This document shows positions 27,594 through 39,354 of a stretch of DNA of 64,000 nucleotides, in pieces. The DNA lies in assembly GCA_030390025.1 (NCBI GenBank), contig CM059431.1, forward strand, positions 145,516,001 to 145,580,000, given 5' to 3'. Source of the stretch: Squalus acanthias. Lineage: Eukaryota. Under the pieces are notes generated by a model, which was not told the DNA's origin, did not search any database, and worked only from the letters and a program-made list of their open reading frames with translations. A program made the position numbers and the translations under genes. Numbering within the stretch: position 1 is the stretch's first letter; each line of letters starts with the position of its first letter.

Positions 27594-28999
27594 GTTCTCA
27601 ACTAAATTAATAGTGGCACAGGATTGAGGGACTGAATGGGCTCCACTTGTTGCTATCTGTCTATGGTCTTGCATTGTGCGATATTTCTATCATGTGTTAA
27701 TTATCTGGAACCAATATTAACAATCTATCACATAAAGGCTCTCTCCAAACAGTTGTAAGATGAATACACGTTTCTCACGTAATTAGATCTAACAGATCAA
27801 CTGCCAGTTGGAACGAGTGAAAGGATTCACTAGAACTTTGATGTCTGAGGTGTAACAGGAAATGACTGTGACAGGTGATTAGTTGGGCCAACAGTAAATG
27901 TGAATCTTACAGGAAGTGTGCTTTACAAACAAGAATTAATTGATTACTGGTGAATCTCTATGGCAGTGTTCAAACTCTAACTGATGAACTGGAATGTTTT
28001 CTCACTGCGTCTGTAGGAAGTGGCCAGAACGGCAGGCGGATATGTGCAAATGTTGCAACATGTACGAACACATGGAGAAATATTCACTTTTGAAAAAGTG
28101 GTTGAAACAGGCTTTATCAATATAAGAAGTATTATTAAACCAAGGCAAGAGGAAGCATTACGAATTATGTGTATCTTTATCAACTACTGCTCCAACACAA
28201 CAGCTTTATAATCTTATTTAAATGTTGTGGCTATTGTATTAAAATTATTCAGAAGATTTCCCTACTACTGGACAGCCGACTAACACAGACAGAAGTTTAC
28301 ACTGAATGTTTCTCGGTTCTTCGGATATAAATTGGAGCCAAGGCCTGTTGTACTGAGATCTGACAGATTGTTACCCTGGTAACAGAGGCAATCACTCACC
28401 GAAAATAATTGAACATGGACGTAACAAAACCAACATCACATGATCGGAGTTTAGTTCAGAACATTAACCCTGAACATTCAGCCAGTTTTTCTAACCATGA
28501 AGCTGCGATTCCAATAACGGATTTTTACAGCACCAGACCAGACACTGCGGGTTTACTGAATCCAGTTACAGCTGTACAGAGCATTAAGCAGTGCGGCATC
28601 AACAGAAATACATCAATAAAATAGTCACATTGTTAGAAATAGACCCCGTCACCTCTGAAAATCTAATTGACTAAACCATCGAAATCTGTTACAGTTAATA
28701 GTGACCATTTAAATTGCTGCTAAAATACTGAATTCGATGGCAAAACATTTGACAATCACCTTGTTTGCACATCGGAATGTTGTAACATTTGAATTTGCAA
28801 GTCATTTCATGAAACTCCAGTTCCTGTTTAAAGAACTGTAACATCTTGTGTTACTTCCTGTTTAAATACGATCCCCACAATAATCGCGTGACTGTGTTGA
28901 AAGAGCACGGATATAAATCGAGAAAGTATGGGGACAAACACTGCTCTCAGTTTAATAACAAGAACCCTCGGCCGAGGCAGGGAGCTGGATCAGGAGAAC

Positions 29000-29082
29000 A
29001 CCGAGACCGCGTGTCTCCGGATCATTATTCCAGGCCGCTGGATTACTAGGACAGTAACATAACCACTGTGCTACCGGACCGC
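29000..29082 (-). mobile_element. tRNA-derived SINE head fragment
   Basis: Minus strand reads GGTAGCACAGTGGTTATGTTACTGTCCTAGTAATCCAG (A-box-like). Confidence 0.55.
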
Positions 29083-30660
29083 TAATATTGTCATTCTCGG
29101 CGGGAGATTGGATTCTGTGGTCCTGGCTGTGCCCCACCCGAAACCCCGCACATCTGGAGCTGGCGCTAATCGTCAGGTGTAATCTGAGATCAGTGAATTT
29201 CAATCAATTCCCTGTGCTCCAAGGACCAGTACATGTCGACCTGGGAGCTACTCGGCGGTCGGGATCCTCAATACCCGGGCCAGACACTGAGGGGTAATAT
29301 TTCGGGGGGTCTGCGGGCGCGTTTGTTGACGGGTCGGTGACATTTTTTTTGTCAATCCGCCGCCACGCGACTTTCCCGCATGTCGGGTCTATCAACTCTG
29401 AACAGACCCGACACGCGGCGGCGGGGAAGCAATTTACGTTATTATGACCTAGTTACGAGCCACTTAAAAAGAATTTTGAGCTCAACTTCAGAGTTTACCA
29501 GGAGGCCCACGGGCTCCACGCTGCTCGGAGATCACGTCAGGTAAGCAGGGCGGGAGCTGAATGGCCATGGAATCATCTCATTACTTGAGAGCTGGAAATG
29601 TTCTATAAAAGATCCCATCTCTTAGCTGTTCACTTTCAACGCTCAGAAGCTGTTCGTTACTTAATTTGGAAGTCAGATTGAGCTTTATGCAGTTTGCAAG
29701 TTTTTGAGTAAACGCTGTATCCAGTGTCACTTCACTGGAACAACCTCTCTCACCATTGACAGATCGCTTCTGTCATCTCAACTTCACCTACCAACAATTA
29801 CATTATATCGGTGGCATCGAAACTATCTGAATTTGGTCCTCAGAATCCCAACAAGATCAGCCCCAGCTCTAGCAGCACCAGGCGCACCAGCAGCACCAAC
29901 AACAACACAAAACAGCTGCGCAATCAATAGATGCTGCACAGCACAGAGGGCACAGAACCCGACCAAACTGCTGCCCGAGACGCCAGGCAAGGCCTCACCA
30001 TGGCCAGATTTACTTCACTTGACGCTGCACATCCTGGCTAACACATTTTGCGCTAGGTTTGCAACAGGCCACATCAATTCCACAAAGCATCCCTACAATG
30101 CCCAAGCCATTCCTTCACATTCATCAACATTGCCGTTATGTCTCACCATTCAATGCTACTCACTAATCCACTTCCAAAGGTGCACACGAATTTGTCGATG
30201 AACGGAAAGTGTCGAAAATAAAGAATTCAATGTTTGACAGCACATTAACTGAAACTTCATATGAACATTAGCTAAAACACACAAATGCCTATGGATGCGT
30301 GTTGCAGTAGAGAACATAAGAAAATAAGAGATAGGAACAGGAGTAGGCTTATTGGCCCTTCGAGCCTGCTCCGCCATTCAATATGATCATGGCTGATCTT
30401 CTACCTCATCTCCAATTTCCCGCACTATATCCATATCCATTGATTCCCTGAATATTCAACTATCTATTGATCTATCTCTTGAATATACTCAACGACGAGT
30501 CTCCACGGTCCTCTGTGGTAGAGAATTCCAAAGATTCACTAGCTTCTGAGTGAAGACATTTCTCCTAATCTCAGTCCTAAATGGCCGACCCCTTATTCTG
30601 AGACTGTGATCCCTGGTTCTGGACACCCCTCCTTGCATCTATCCTATTAAGTTCTGTAAG

Positions 30661-31380
30661 GCCAGCGTAGATAGTACATGGGTGACCAAAAGGCAGAGCA
30701 AGGGCAGGAAGGTGGTGCAGAAATCCCCTGGGGTTGTCTCCCTTAGCAACAGGTTCACCGCCTTAGGTGCTGTTGTCGGGGGGGATGACTCATCGGGGGA
30801 AGGCACCAGCAGCCAGGCTCATGGCACCATGACTGGCTCTGTTGCAAAGAAGGGAGGGAAAAAGAGTGGCAGGGCTATAGTAATAGGGGATTCGATTGTA
30901 AGGGGAATAGATAGGGGTTTCTGTGGTCGCGACCGAGACTCCAGGATGGTATGTTGTCTCCCTGGTGCAAGGGTCAAGGATGGCTCGGCGCGGGTGCAGA
31001 ACATTCTGGAGGGGGAGGGGGAACAGCCAGTTGTCGTGATACATGTTGGTACCAACGACGTAGCTAAAAAAAGGGAAGAGGTCCTACAAGTAGAATTTAG
31101 GGAGTTAGGAGCCAAGCTAAAAAGTAGGACCTCGAAGGTAGTAATCTCTGGATTACTACCAGTGCCACGTGCTAGTAAGAGTACAGAGAACAGGATAGTT
31201 AGGCTAAATACGTGGCTTGAGCAGTGGTGTAAGAGGGAGGGTTTTAAATTTTTGAGGCATTGGAACCAGTTTTGTGGTAGGTGTGACTTATACAAAAGGG
31301 ACGGTCTACACCTGTGCAAAGATGGAACTGATGTTCTCGGGGTAATTTTTGATAAAGCAGTTCGGGAGCATTTAAACTAG
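30661..31380 (+). CDS. CR1 ORF1, SGNH/GDSL esterase-like domain (N-terminus missing)
   Basis: Motifs [27 protein letters not shown]; frame open from the insertion junction to TAG at 31378-31380. Confidence 0.9.
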   Translation, partial: ASVDSTWVTKRQSKGRKVVQKSPGVVSLSNRFTALGAVVGGDDSSGEGTSSQAHGTMTGSVAKKGGKKSGRAIVIGDSIVRGIDRGFCGRDRDSRMVCCLPGARVKDGSARVQNILEGEGEQPVVVIHVGTNDVAKKREEVLQVEFRELGAKLKSRTSKVVISGLLPVPRASKSTENRIVRLNTWLEQWCKREGFKFLRHWNQFCGRCDLYKRDGLHLCKDGTDVLGVIFDKAVREHLN

Positions 31381-34323
31381 TATGGCAGGGGGCTAGAAAC
31401 CTATGTAGTGAAATAGAGGAAAGTGAAAGGCAGTCAGAAATAAATGGTAAAAGGGTGAGGAACAAAAAACAAAGGGCCAAACTAATTCATAAAAAATGTG
31501 AGCATAGAAAAAGCCTGAGGGTTTTATACCTTAATGCGAGAAGCATCAGGAACAAGGTAGATGAATTAGCTGTGGAAATAGAGGTTAATAATTATGATCT
31601 AATTGGGATTACGGAAACATGGTTGCAGGGTGAGCAGGGCTGGGAGCTTAACATACAGGGGTATTCAGTATTTAGGAAGGATCGACAAAAAAGAAAGGGA
31701 GGAGGGGTAGCATTGCTGGTAAAAGAGGGGATAAATGCAATTGAAAGGAAGGATATTAACTCAGTTAATACAGAATCTATATGGGTGGAGCTAAGAAATA
31801 GCGAGGGGCGAAAAACATTAATAGGAGTGGTATATAGGCCTCCAAATAGTAAAATAGAGGTTGGGGAGGGCATCACGAGGGAAATTAGAGAAGCGTGCAA
31901 TAAGAGCACAGCTGTCATCATAGGTGACTTTAACTTACATATAGATTGGAATAGCCTAATCAGTAAAAATAATGAGGAGGAGAAATTCCTTGAGTGTTTA
32001 AGGGATGGTTATCTGGATCAATATGTCGAGGAACCAACTCGGGAACAGGCTATATTGGACTGGGTACTGTGCAATGAGAAGGGACTAATTAGTAATCTTG
32101 TTGTACGGGGACCCTTGGGTAAGAGCGATCATAACATGATCGATTTCTCACTCGAAATGGAGAGCGAAGAAATTGACTCAGAGACTAAGGTCCTGAATTT
32201 AAACAAGGGGAATTATGATGCCATTAGACGGGAACTGAGTAGGTCTGATTGGACAACGTTCCTGGGAGGACTGGAGGTAGATAAACAATGGCAAGCATTT
32301 AAAGACAGAATGACAAAATTGCAAAAATTGTTTATACCAATCTGGCATAAAAGGAAATCTAAAAAGGTGACTCAACCGTGGATAACAGGGGAAATTAGAG
32401 ACAGCATAAAATCCAAAGATAGGGCATATAAAATAGCCAAAAAAAGCGCCAGAGCGGAAGATTGGGAACAGTTTAAGATAGAGCAAAGGAGGACAAAGGG
32501 CTTAATCAAGAGGGGCAAAATAGCTTACGAAAGCAAGCTGGCGGAAAATATAAAAACTAACTCCAAAAGCTTTTATAAGTATATCAAGAGGAAAAGACTG
32601 GTGAAAACCAAAGTTGGCCCATTGCAGTCAGATACGGGGGAATATATAACGGGAAATAAGGAAATGGCAGACCAACTAAATGCATACTTTGGGTCCGTCT
32701 TTACGAAGGAAGACACAAAAAACCTCCCTGGGATATCGGGAAAAATAGGGACATTAGCAAAGGAGGAACTGACGCAAATCAATATCTCTAAGGATATGGT
32801 GTTAAGGAAGCTAAAGGGATTGAAGGCGGACAAATCCCCAGGGCCTGATAACATGCATCCTAGGGTACTGAAGGAGGTGGCCCTAGAGATAGCGGATGCA
32901 CTAAGTATGATTTTTCAGAATTCATTAGACTCGGGAACAGTGCCCATGGATTGGAGGGTAGCTAACGTTACCGCACTATTCAAAAAGGGGGGTAGGGAAA
33001 AAGCAGGTAATTACAGACCTGTAAGCCTTACATCAGTTGTGGGCAAAATGCTGGAGTCCATCATTAAGGATGAAATAGCGGAGCACTTAGCAAATGGGGA
33101 CAGGATAGGACAGAGTCAACATGGATTTACAAAGGGTAAATCGTGCTTGACTAATCTATTGGAATTTTTTGAGGGAGTAACTGGTAAAATAGATGGGGGA
33201 GAGCCAGTAGATGTGGTGTACCTGGACTTCCAAAAGGCCTTCGATAAGGTCCCACATAAAAGATTAGCAGGGAAAATTGAAGCTCATGGGATAAAGGGGA
33301 AAGTATTGACGTGGATAGAGAACTGGCTGTCAGATAGAAAACAGAGAGTTGGAATAAACGGCTCATTTTCTGAATGGCAGGCAGTAACAAGTGGGGTACC
33401 ACAGGGATCTGTCCTGGGTCCCCAGTTGTTCACAATTTACATTAATGACCTGGATCAGGGAGTCGGATGCAGCATTTCCAAATTTGCAGACGACACTAAA
33501 CTAGGAGGGGGGGGTGGGCTCAGAGGAGGAGACCAGGAAGCTCCAGAGCGATTTGGACAGACTGGGTGATTGGGCGGATAAATGGCAGATGCACTATAAT
33601 GTGGACAAGTGCGAAGTTATCCACCTTGGGTGCAGGAACGGGAGGGCAAATTATTATTTAAATGGCAATAAATTGGGAGAGGGGGAAGTACAGAGAGACC
33701 TGGGTGTTTTTGTACACCAGTCACTGAAGGCGAGCATGCAGGTGCAACAGGCGGTCAAGAAGGCAAACGGTATGCTGGCCTTCATAGCAAAAGGGTTGGA
33801 ATACAGGAACAGGGATACCTTGCTGCAGCTGTACAGGGCACTGGTGAGACCACACCTCGAGTACTGTGTACAGTTTTGGTCGCCTCATCTGAGGAAAGAT
33901 GTTCTTGCCATGGAGGGGGTGCAGCGGCGATTCACCAGGCTGATACCAGGAATGGCGGGATTGACCTATGAGGAGAGACTATGTAGTTTAGCGATGTACA
34001 CACTGGAGTTTAGAAGATTGAGAGGGGACCTCATAGAAGTGTATAAAATTCTGACAGGTCTAGACAGACTAGATGCAGAAGGAATGTTTCCCTTGGCGGG
34101 TGAGAACAGAACTAGAGGACATAATTTAAGGATAAGGGCTAAACCATTTAGGACAGAAATGAGGGGGAATTTCTTCACTCAGAGGGTGGTGAACCTGTGG
34201 AACTCATTGCCACAGAGGGCAGTGTACGCCAGCTCATTAAATATATTTAAGAGGGAATTAGATATATTTCTACAGGCAAAAGGGGTTAAGGGTTACGGAG
34301 AGAAGGCGGGGACGGGATACTGA
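31356..34323 (+). CDS. CR1 ORF2 (APE endonuclease + reverse transcriptase) with one +1 frameshift in a G8 run at 33507-33514
   Basis: YLNARS, ITETWL, YRPP, GDFN, SDHN (APE); [20 protein letters not shown] (RT). The frame opens after TAA 31353-31355; first in-frame ATG is at 32136. Confidence 0.92.
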
Positions 34324-34911
34324 ATTGGAGGATCAGCCATGATCTCATTAAATGGCGGAGCAGGCTCGAAGGGCCGGATGGCCTACTCCTGCTCCTATCT
34401 TCTATGTATCTATGTATCTATGTAAATTTCTATATTTCAATAAGATCACGTCTCATTCTTCTAAACTCGAGAGAATATAGGCCGAGTCTACTCAGCCTGT
34501 CCTCATAGGACAATCTCGCATCTCACTAATCAGTCTGGTGAACCTTCGTTACACTCCCTCTGTGGCAAGTACATCCTTCCTTAGTTAATGAGACCAAAAC
34601 TGTAACAATATTTGAGGTGTGGTCACGCCAGGGCCCTACATAATTGCCGTAAAACTTATTTACTTATAACCAAATCCTCGTGTAATAAAGGCCAACATAT
34701 CATTTGCTTTCCTAATTGCTTGCTGTACCTGCATGTTAACTTTCAGTGATTCGTGTACAGGGACACCCAGGTCCCTCTGAACACCAACATTTCCCAATCT
34801 CTCACCATTTAAAAAATACACTGCTTTTCTATTTTCCTACCAAAGTGGATAACTTCACATTTCTCCGCATTATATTCCATTTGCCTTTTTCGTTCCCATT
34901 CACTTAGTCTG

Positions 34912-35105
34912 TGTGGTAACACAATACAGCTTCCTGTGACTCGAACTTTATTGCATCACTTCCTGTGATTAGTCCAGGATAAATACTGGACTGATCAGTT
35001 GGATCCTGGAGAGGCATAGAGTAAGACCTCTTCTGTATGTAGCACCTTTTTAGTTGATTAAAGCTTACTTTAAGTTCACCACGTGTAAGGCTCATTCTTA
35101 CGACA
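34912..35105 (+). repeat. 5' LTR (194 bp)
   Basis: TGTGGTAAC...CTTACGACA; 4 differences from the 3' LTR by my count. Confidence 0.97.
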
Positions 35106-35183
35106 ATTTAATCAACTTTGAAAAAATTCGCACTCAAACTTTTTGGACGAACTCGGAACTAAGGATCCAGGGAATCACCCATC

Positions 35184-38100
35184 ATGGAAAACATCCTTAA
35201 ACCATCGCGTCTTGAATTGGACCCAAACACCCCAGCAGCCGGTAAGGTGTGGAAACACTGATATCGCACGTTTGACAATTTTCTTGAATATTGCAAGGCT
35301 GATGATGACTCAAAGTTGCGGATACTCATCAACTGTGTCACCCCGAATGTATTTCAGTATGTGCAGGAATGGGGCAGTTACGAGGAGGCAATTCGGACGC
35401 TTAAGAGACTATATACTAAGACACCGAATGAGGTCTATGCCAGACATCTACTAGCTACAGCCCAACAAGGGCCGGAGGAATCCATTGATAAATTCCTCCA
35501 AGAGCTTCGCAGACTTAGTATGGACTGTAACTTTCAGGCGGCCTCAGCTGAGCTGTACCGTGAAGAAATGATCCGTGATGCTTTCATCTGCGGGCTTGCC
35601 TCCCCATTTATACGCCAGCGTCTACTGGAAAGTAAGACACTTGAGCTTCAGAGAGCTTATGACATGGCTTGCTCTCTAGATCTGGCAAAAAGAAATCCAG
35701 ACCTTTATACAGTGCCCAGACCTCGGTCTACTGCCTTAACTACAGTCAGGCAATTTAAGAGGCCACAGGTGAACTCTATTAGGGAGGTCTTTATCCCTGA
35801 CGATCAATCTGATGACTTCACTGATGAAGAGGATGATGACCCCACTGTGGCAGCCTCTTGGCAATCTAAGAAATGCTTCTTTTGTGGTGATGAGTTTCAC
35901 CCTCGGAAATTCTGCCCTGCTCGCAATGCGTTTTGCAGTCATTGCAACAAAAAGGGTCATTTTGCAAAGGTTTGCCTATCAAAAGCCTCTACGAGGGCAT
36001 ATCAAGCTAAGTCCTACCGAACTGCCCCTGTAAGGGCATATCAAGATGTTCCAGCTAAAATCTATCGTGCTTCCTCTTGGGTTTCCTCTCGAAGAAACAC
36101 ACCAAGAGTTTCAGCCACTCTTTGTGCAACGACACCAATTACAGCTGCTTGTCCTCAGAACCTATTCCATGCAGCTACAAAAGCATCAATTAATGGACAT
36201 ACTTTAGATGCCTTAATTGACTCAGGTAGCACTGATAGTTTCATTAGGGAACAGATTGTTGCAGAGTTAAAGCTACATGTTTTCCCATCGGACCAGGCAG
36301 TTGCGATGGCTCAGTCATCACTTAATACCAGAATTTCTGGCTTTTGTATGGTTGAAATAACACTTAATAGTCACAGGTATCCCTCCACCCGGCTTTCGGT
36401 GCTCAAGGACTAATGTAGTGATCTTATCTTAGGGCTGGATTTTCAAAAGCAGCATAAGAAGCTCACCATTGAGTTCGGCAGATCCAAACCTGAACTCACT
36501 ATTTCTAATATACGACCTCGATTACCGTTCTGTGCATTGTCAGCAGCTTTACTGGATGAACCCACACTGTTTACCAGTATCCCTCCTCGATGCAAACCGA
36601 TTATAACAAAGTCACGACGTTTCAGTCTGGAAGACCAGCCTTTTATTGCGGCTGAGATTTCTCGGCTTTTAGCAGAGGATATCATCGAGCCTTGTTCGTC
36701 GCCATGGCGCACCCAGGTCGTTATTGTTAAGAACCATCTACAACCTCACAAGAAACGGCTGTGCATTGACTATTCACAGACCATCAATCAATATACGGAC
36801 TTGGACGCATACCCATTGCTGCGCATCGATGATATGGTTAATAAACTGGCTGAGTACACGGTGTTCTCAACATATGATCTGAAAAGTGCCTATCATCAGG
36901 TACCCTTGAAGGTCTCAGACAAGCAGTATACGGCCTTTGAAGCCAATGGACGGCTGTATAAATTTCGTCGCCTCCCCTTTGGGGTCACTAATGGAGTGGC
37001 TGTCTTCCAGCGAGCAATGGATGACCTGGTCAAACAGGAAGACTTGAAGGATACGTTTCCTTATCTGGACAATATTACTGTCGCAGGTCGCAATCAGCGG
37101 GAACATGACGCCAATCTCCAACGATTTTGGGATGCACTCCAGCACCGCAATTTGACATTAAATGCGGCTAAATCCATTGAGTCACAGTCAACCATCAACA
37201 TCCTTGGCTATTGTGTGGGCAATGGCATCATTAAACCTGACCCTGAAAGGCTTCGCCCACTCCAAGAACTCCCGCCACCTAAGAATCCGGCCTCCTTGCG
37301 CCGGGCCCTCGGCCTGTTTGCATACTATGCTAAATGGATTCCTAACTTCTCGGACCGAATCCAACCTCTACTGAAGGCCAGCACATTCCCACTAGACACA
37401 GCGGCTGTTGCAGCCTTTAACCTCCTGAAAAAACAGTTGGAGAAAGCGGCTCTTCACTCCATCGATGAGAGTCTTCCTTTTGTTGTTGAGTGTGATGCCT
37501 CGGAGGTGGCGATCTCGGCCACTCTGAATCAGGAAGGTCGTCCGGTGGCATTTTTGTCCAGGACTTTTCAAGGGGCTGAGCTACATTATCCTCCAGTCGA
37601 GAAAGAAGCTACAGCCATCATAGAGGCAGTACGGAAGTGGAGTCATCTCCTAGCTCGCCAGCACTTTACCTTAATCACGGACCAGCGATCGGTCGCCTTC
37701 ATGCTCGATAATCGAAAACGGACCAAAATTAAAAATAATAAAATCCAGCTTTGGCGGCTGGAATTGGCCTCTTTTGGTTACACCATCCACTATCGACCTG
37801 GCAAGGAGAATGTGGCTCCGGATAACCTCACACGAGCATTCTGCTCCGCCATGGCACCCTCTACGCTCGTAGACATCCATGATGGGTTGTGTCATCCGGG
37901 CGTTACTCGCATGCTACATTTCGTGCGGTCCCGAAATCTCCCAATCTCTACCGGTGATGTAAAGAAGATGTGCTCGGACTGCAGAGTCTGTGCGGAATTG
38001 AAACCTCAGTTTTTCGGCCCCTCGGGTGGTATACCCAAAGATGCGACCCAGCCAACGCAACGGCTTAGCATCGATTTTAAGGGGCCGTTGCCCTCTTCAA

Positions 38101-39140
38101 CTCGCAACACTTATCTATTGACCATGGTCGATGAGTATTCCCGTTTTCCGTTTGCCTTTCCCTGCCCCAATATGCTGACGACCACGGTTATCAGCTGCCT
38201 TGAGCAGGTATTTGCTTTCTGTGGCATGGCATCCTATGTTCATTCGGATCGTGGCCCTTCTTTTATGTTAGGAGAACTCAAGGCCTATCTCTCGGAACGG
38301 GGTATTGCTGCCAGCAAAACGACGCCTTATCATCCGGTCGGGAATGGGCAAGTCGAGCGTTATAACGCTATCATCTGGAATGCGGTACGTCTGGCTTTGA
38401 GATCTCGGGGCCTACCCAACCAGCAATGGGAAGCAGTACTTCCAGACGCATTACACTCCACACGGTCCCTCCTTTCGACCGCCACAAATACGACGCCTCA
38501 TGAACGGTTCTTCCGATTTCAGCGTCGCTCATCCTATGGGATATCTCTCCCGTCGTGGCTGACTACACCGGGACCAGTGCTACTCCGAAGATATGTCTGG
38601 GCGTCTAAGAATGACCCCCTGGTAGATGAGGTTGAGCTCACTCACGTCAACCCTACCTACGCCTATATTCGGTATCCTGACTTTCGGGAATCTAACGTGT
38701 CATTGAGGGATCTGGCTCCCTGCCCGCCGAAACATAGAGGGACATCCGGGGATGATATTGTACCAGGCACATCTCTGGGCTCGCCAGGTGCCTCTCATCA
38801 CGATCTGGATCTGACGCTGGCTGTTACCTCACTCCAGCGTGCCGACCTGGGGCAGACTGACTATGAGCCCGTCGGGGCTCGCACGTGCAGCCACGATCCA
38901 CCCCGTACCGTACGCTCGGAAACGGATCTGCCACAGCCCTGCCCGACACCCGTTCGGGCACCAGTACACAGTCAGGATCGTCCTGACCCCTCACAGAGGG
39001 GGCTGGATCACTCGGACTCTGGTCCACGGCCCGCGGCGGGTAAACGGGCTCGGGGCCCTCTACCGCTACGAGAACTCAAACGGGTGCGGCTCTCCCTCGT
39101 CCAGCGGCTACAAAATGGAGGGAGCATCCCGGCCTCCTAA
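35184..39140 (+). pseudogene. Single-frame gag-pol polyprotein with two nonsense mutations (TGA 35259-35261, TAA 36411-36413)
   Basis: ATG 35184 (MENILKPSRLELDP) is in frame with ORFs 35316 and 36537; CFFCGDEFHPRKFC and CSHCNKKGHFAKVC knuckles, LIDSGS protease, LPFG and YLDN RT, ECDAS RNase H, HPG/CxxC, DFKG, HSDRG, GQVER integrase. Confidence 0.93.
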
Positions 39141-39160
39141 TCTTTTGGGGGGGTGGAGAA

Positions 39161-39354
39161 TGTGGTAACACAATACAGCTTCCTGTGACTCGAACTTTAT
39201 TGCATCACTTCCTGTGATTAGTCCAGGATAAATACTGGACTGATCAGTTGGATCCTGGAGAGGCATAGAGTAAGACCTCTTTTGTATGTAGCACCTTTTT
39301 AGTTGATTAAATCTTACTTTATGTTCACCACGCGTAAGGCTCATTCTTACGACA
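39161..39354 (+). repeat. 3' LTR (194 bp)
   Basis: Direct repeat of 34912-35105, preceded by the PPT. Confidence 0.97.

Larger units (their letters stand above)
23865..27595. repeat. Triplicated segment, copy 1
   Basis: Shared landmarks (TATCTGGAA...CTATCACATA, CTGATGAACTGGAATG, GTACTGAGATCTGACAGATTGTTACCCTG, GAATTCGATGGCAAAAC) occur in the same order at 23.9-26.4, 27.6-30.3 and 39.7-42.4 kb. Confidence 0.9.
30661..34424 (+). mobile_element. Young CR1 LINE, 5'-truncated within ORF1
   Basis: ORF1 esterase, ORF2 APE+RT, 3' hairpin GGAGCAGG...CCTGCTCC, tail (TCTATGTA)x3 at 34401-34424; flanks rejoin as CTGTAAG|AATTT. Confidence 0.97.
34912..39354 (+). mobile_element. Full-length Ty3/Gypsy LTR retrotransposon, Mag-like
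   Basis: TG...CA LTRs of 194 bp, TSD GTCTG/GCCTG, PPT GGGGGGGTGGAGAA at 39147-39160, order PR-RT-RH-IN, double CCHC knuckle in gag. Confidence 0.96.

Noticed and set aside
29296..30310. Harbinger-like transposase remnant
   Set aside because: GC-rich and CAGCAC/CAA-rich texture is suggestive, but I could not identify a DDE motif or terminal inverted repeats.
33507..33514. Programmed frameshift within the CR1 RT
   Set aside because: Homopolymer indel just after FADD; other CR1 copies in the window read through this position in one frame.
36411..36413. Programmed gag-pol stop readthrough
   Set aside because: The TAA falls inside the protease region (VLKD*CSDLILGLDF), is one change from TTA (Leu), and a second nonsense codon exists at 35259, so decay is more likely.
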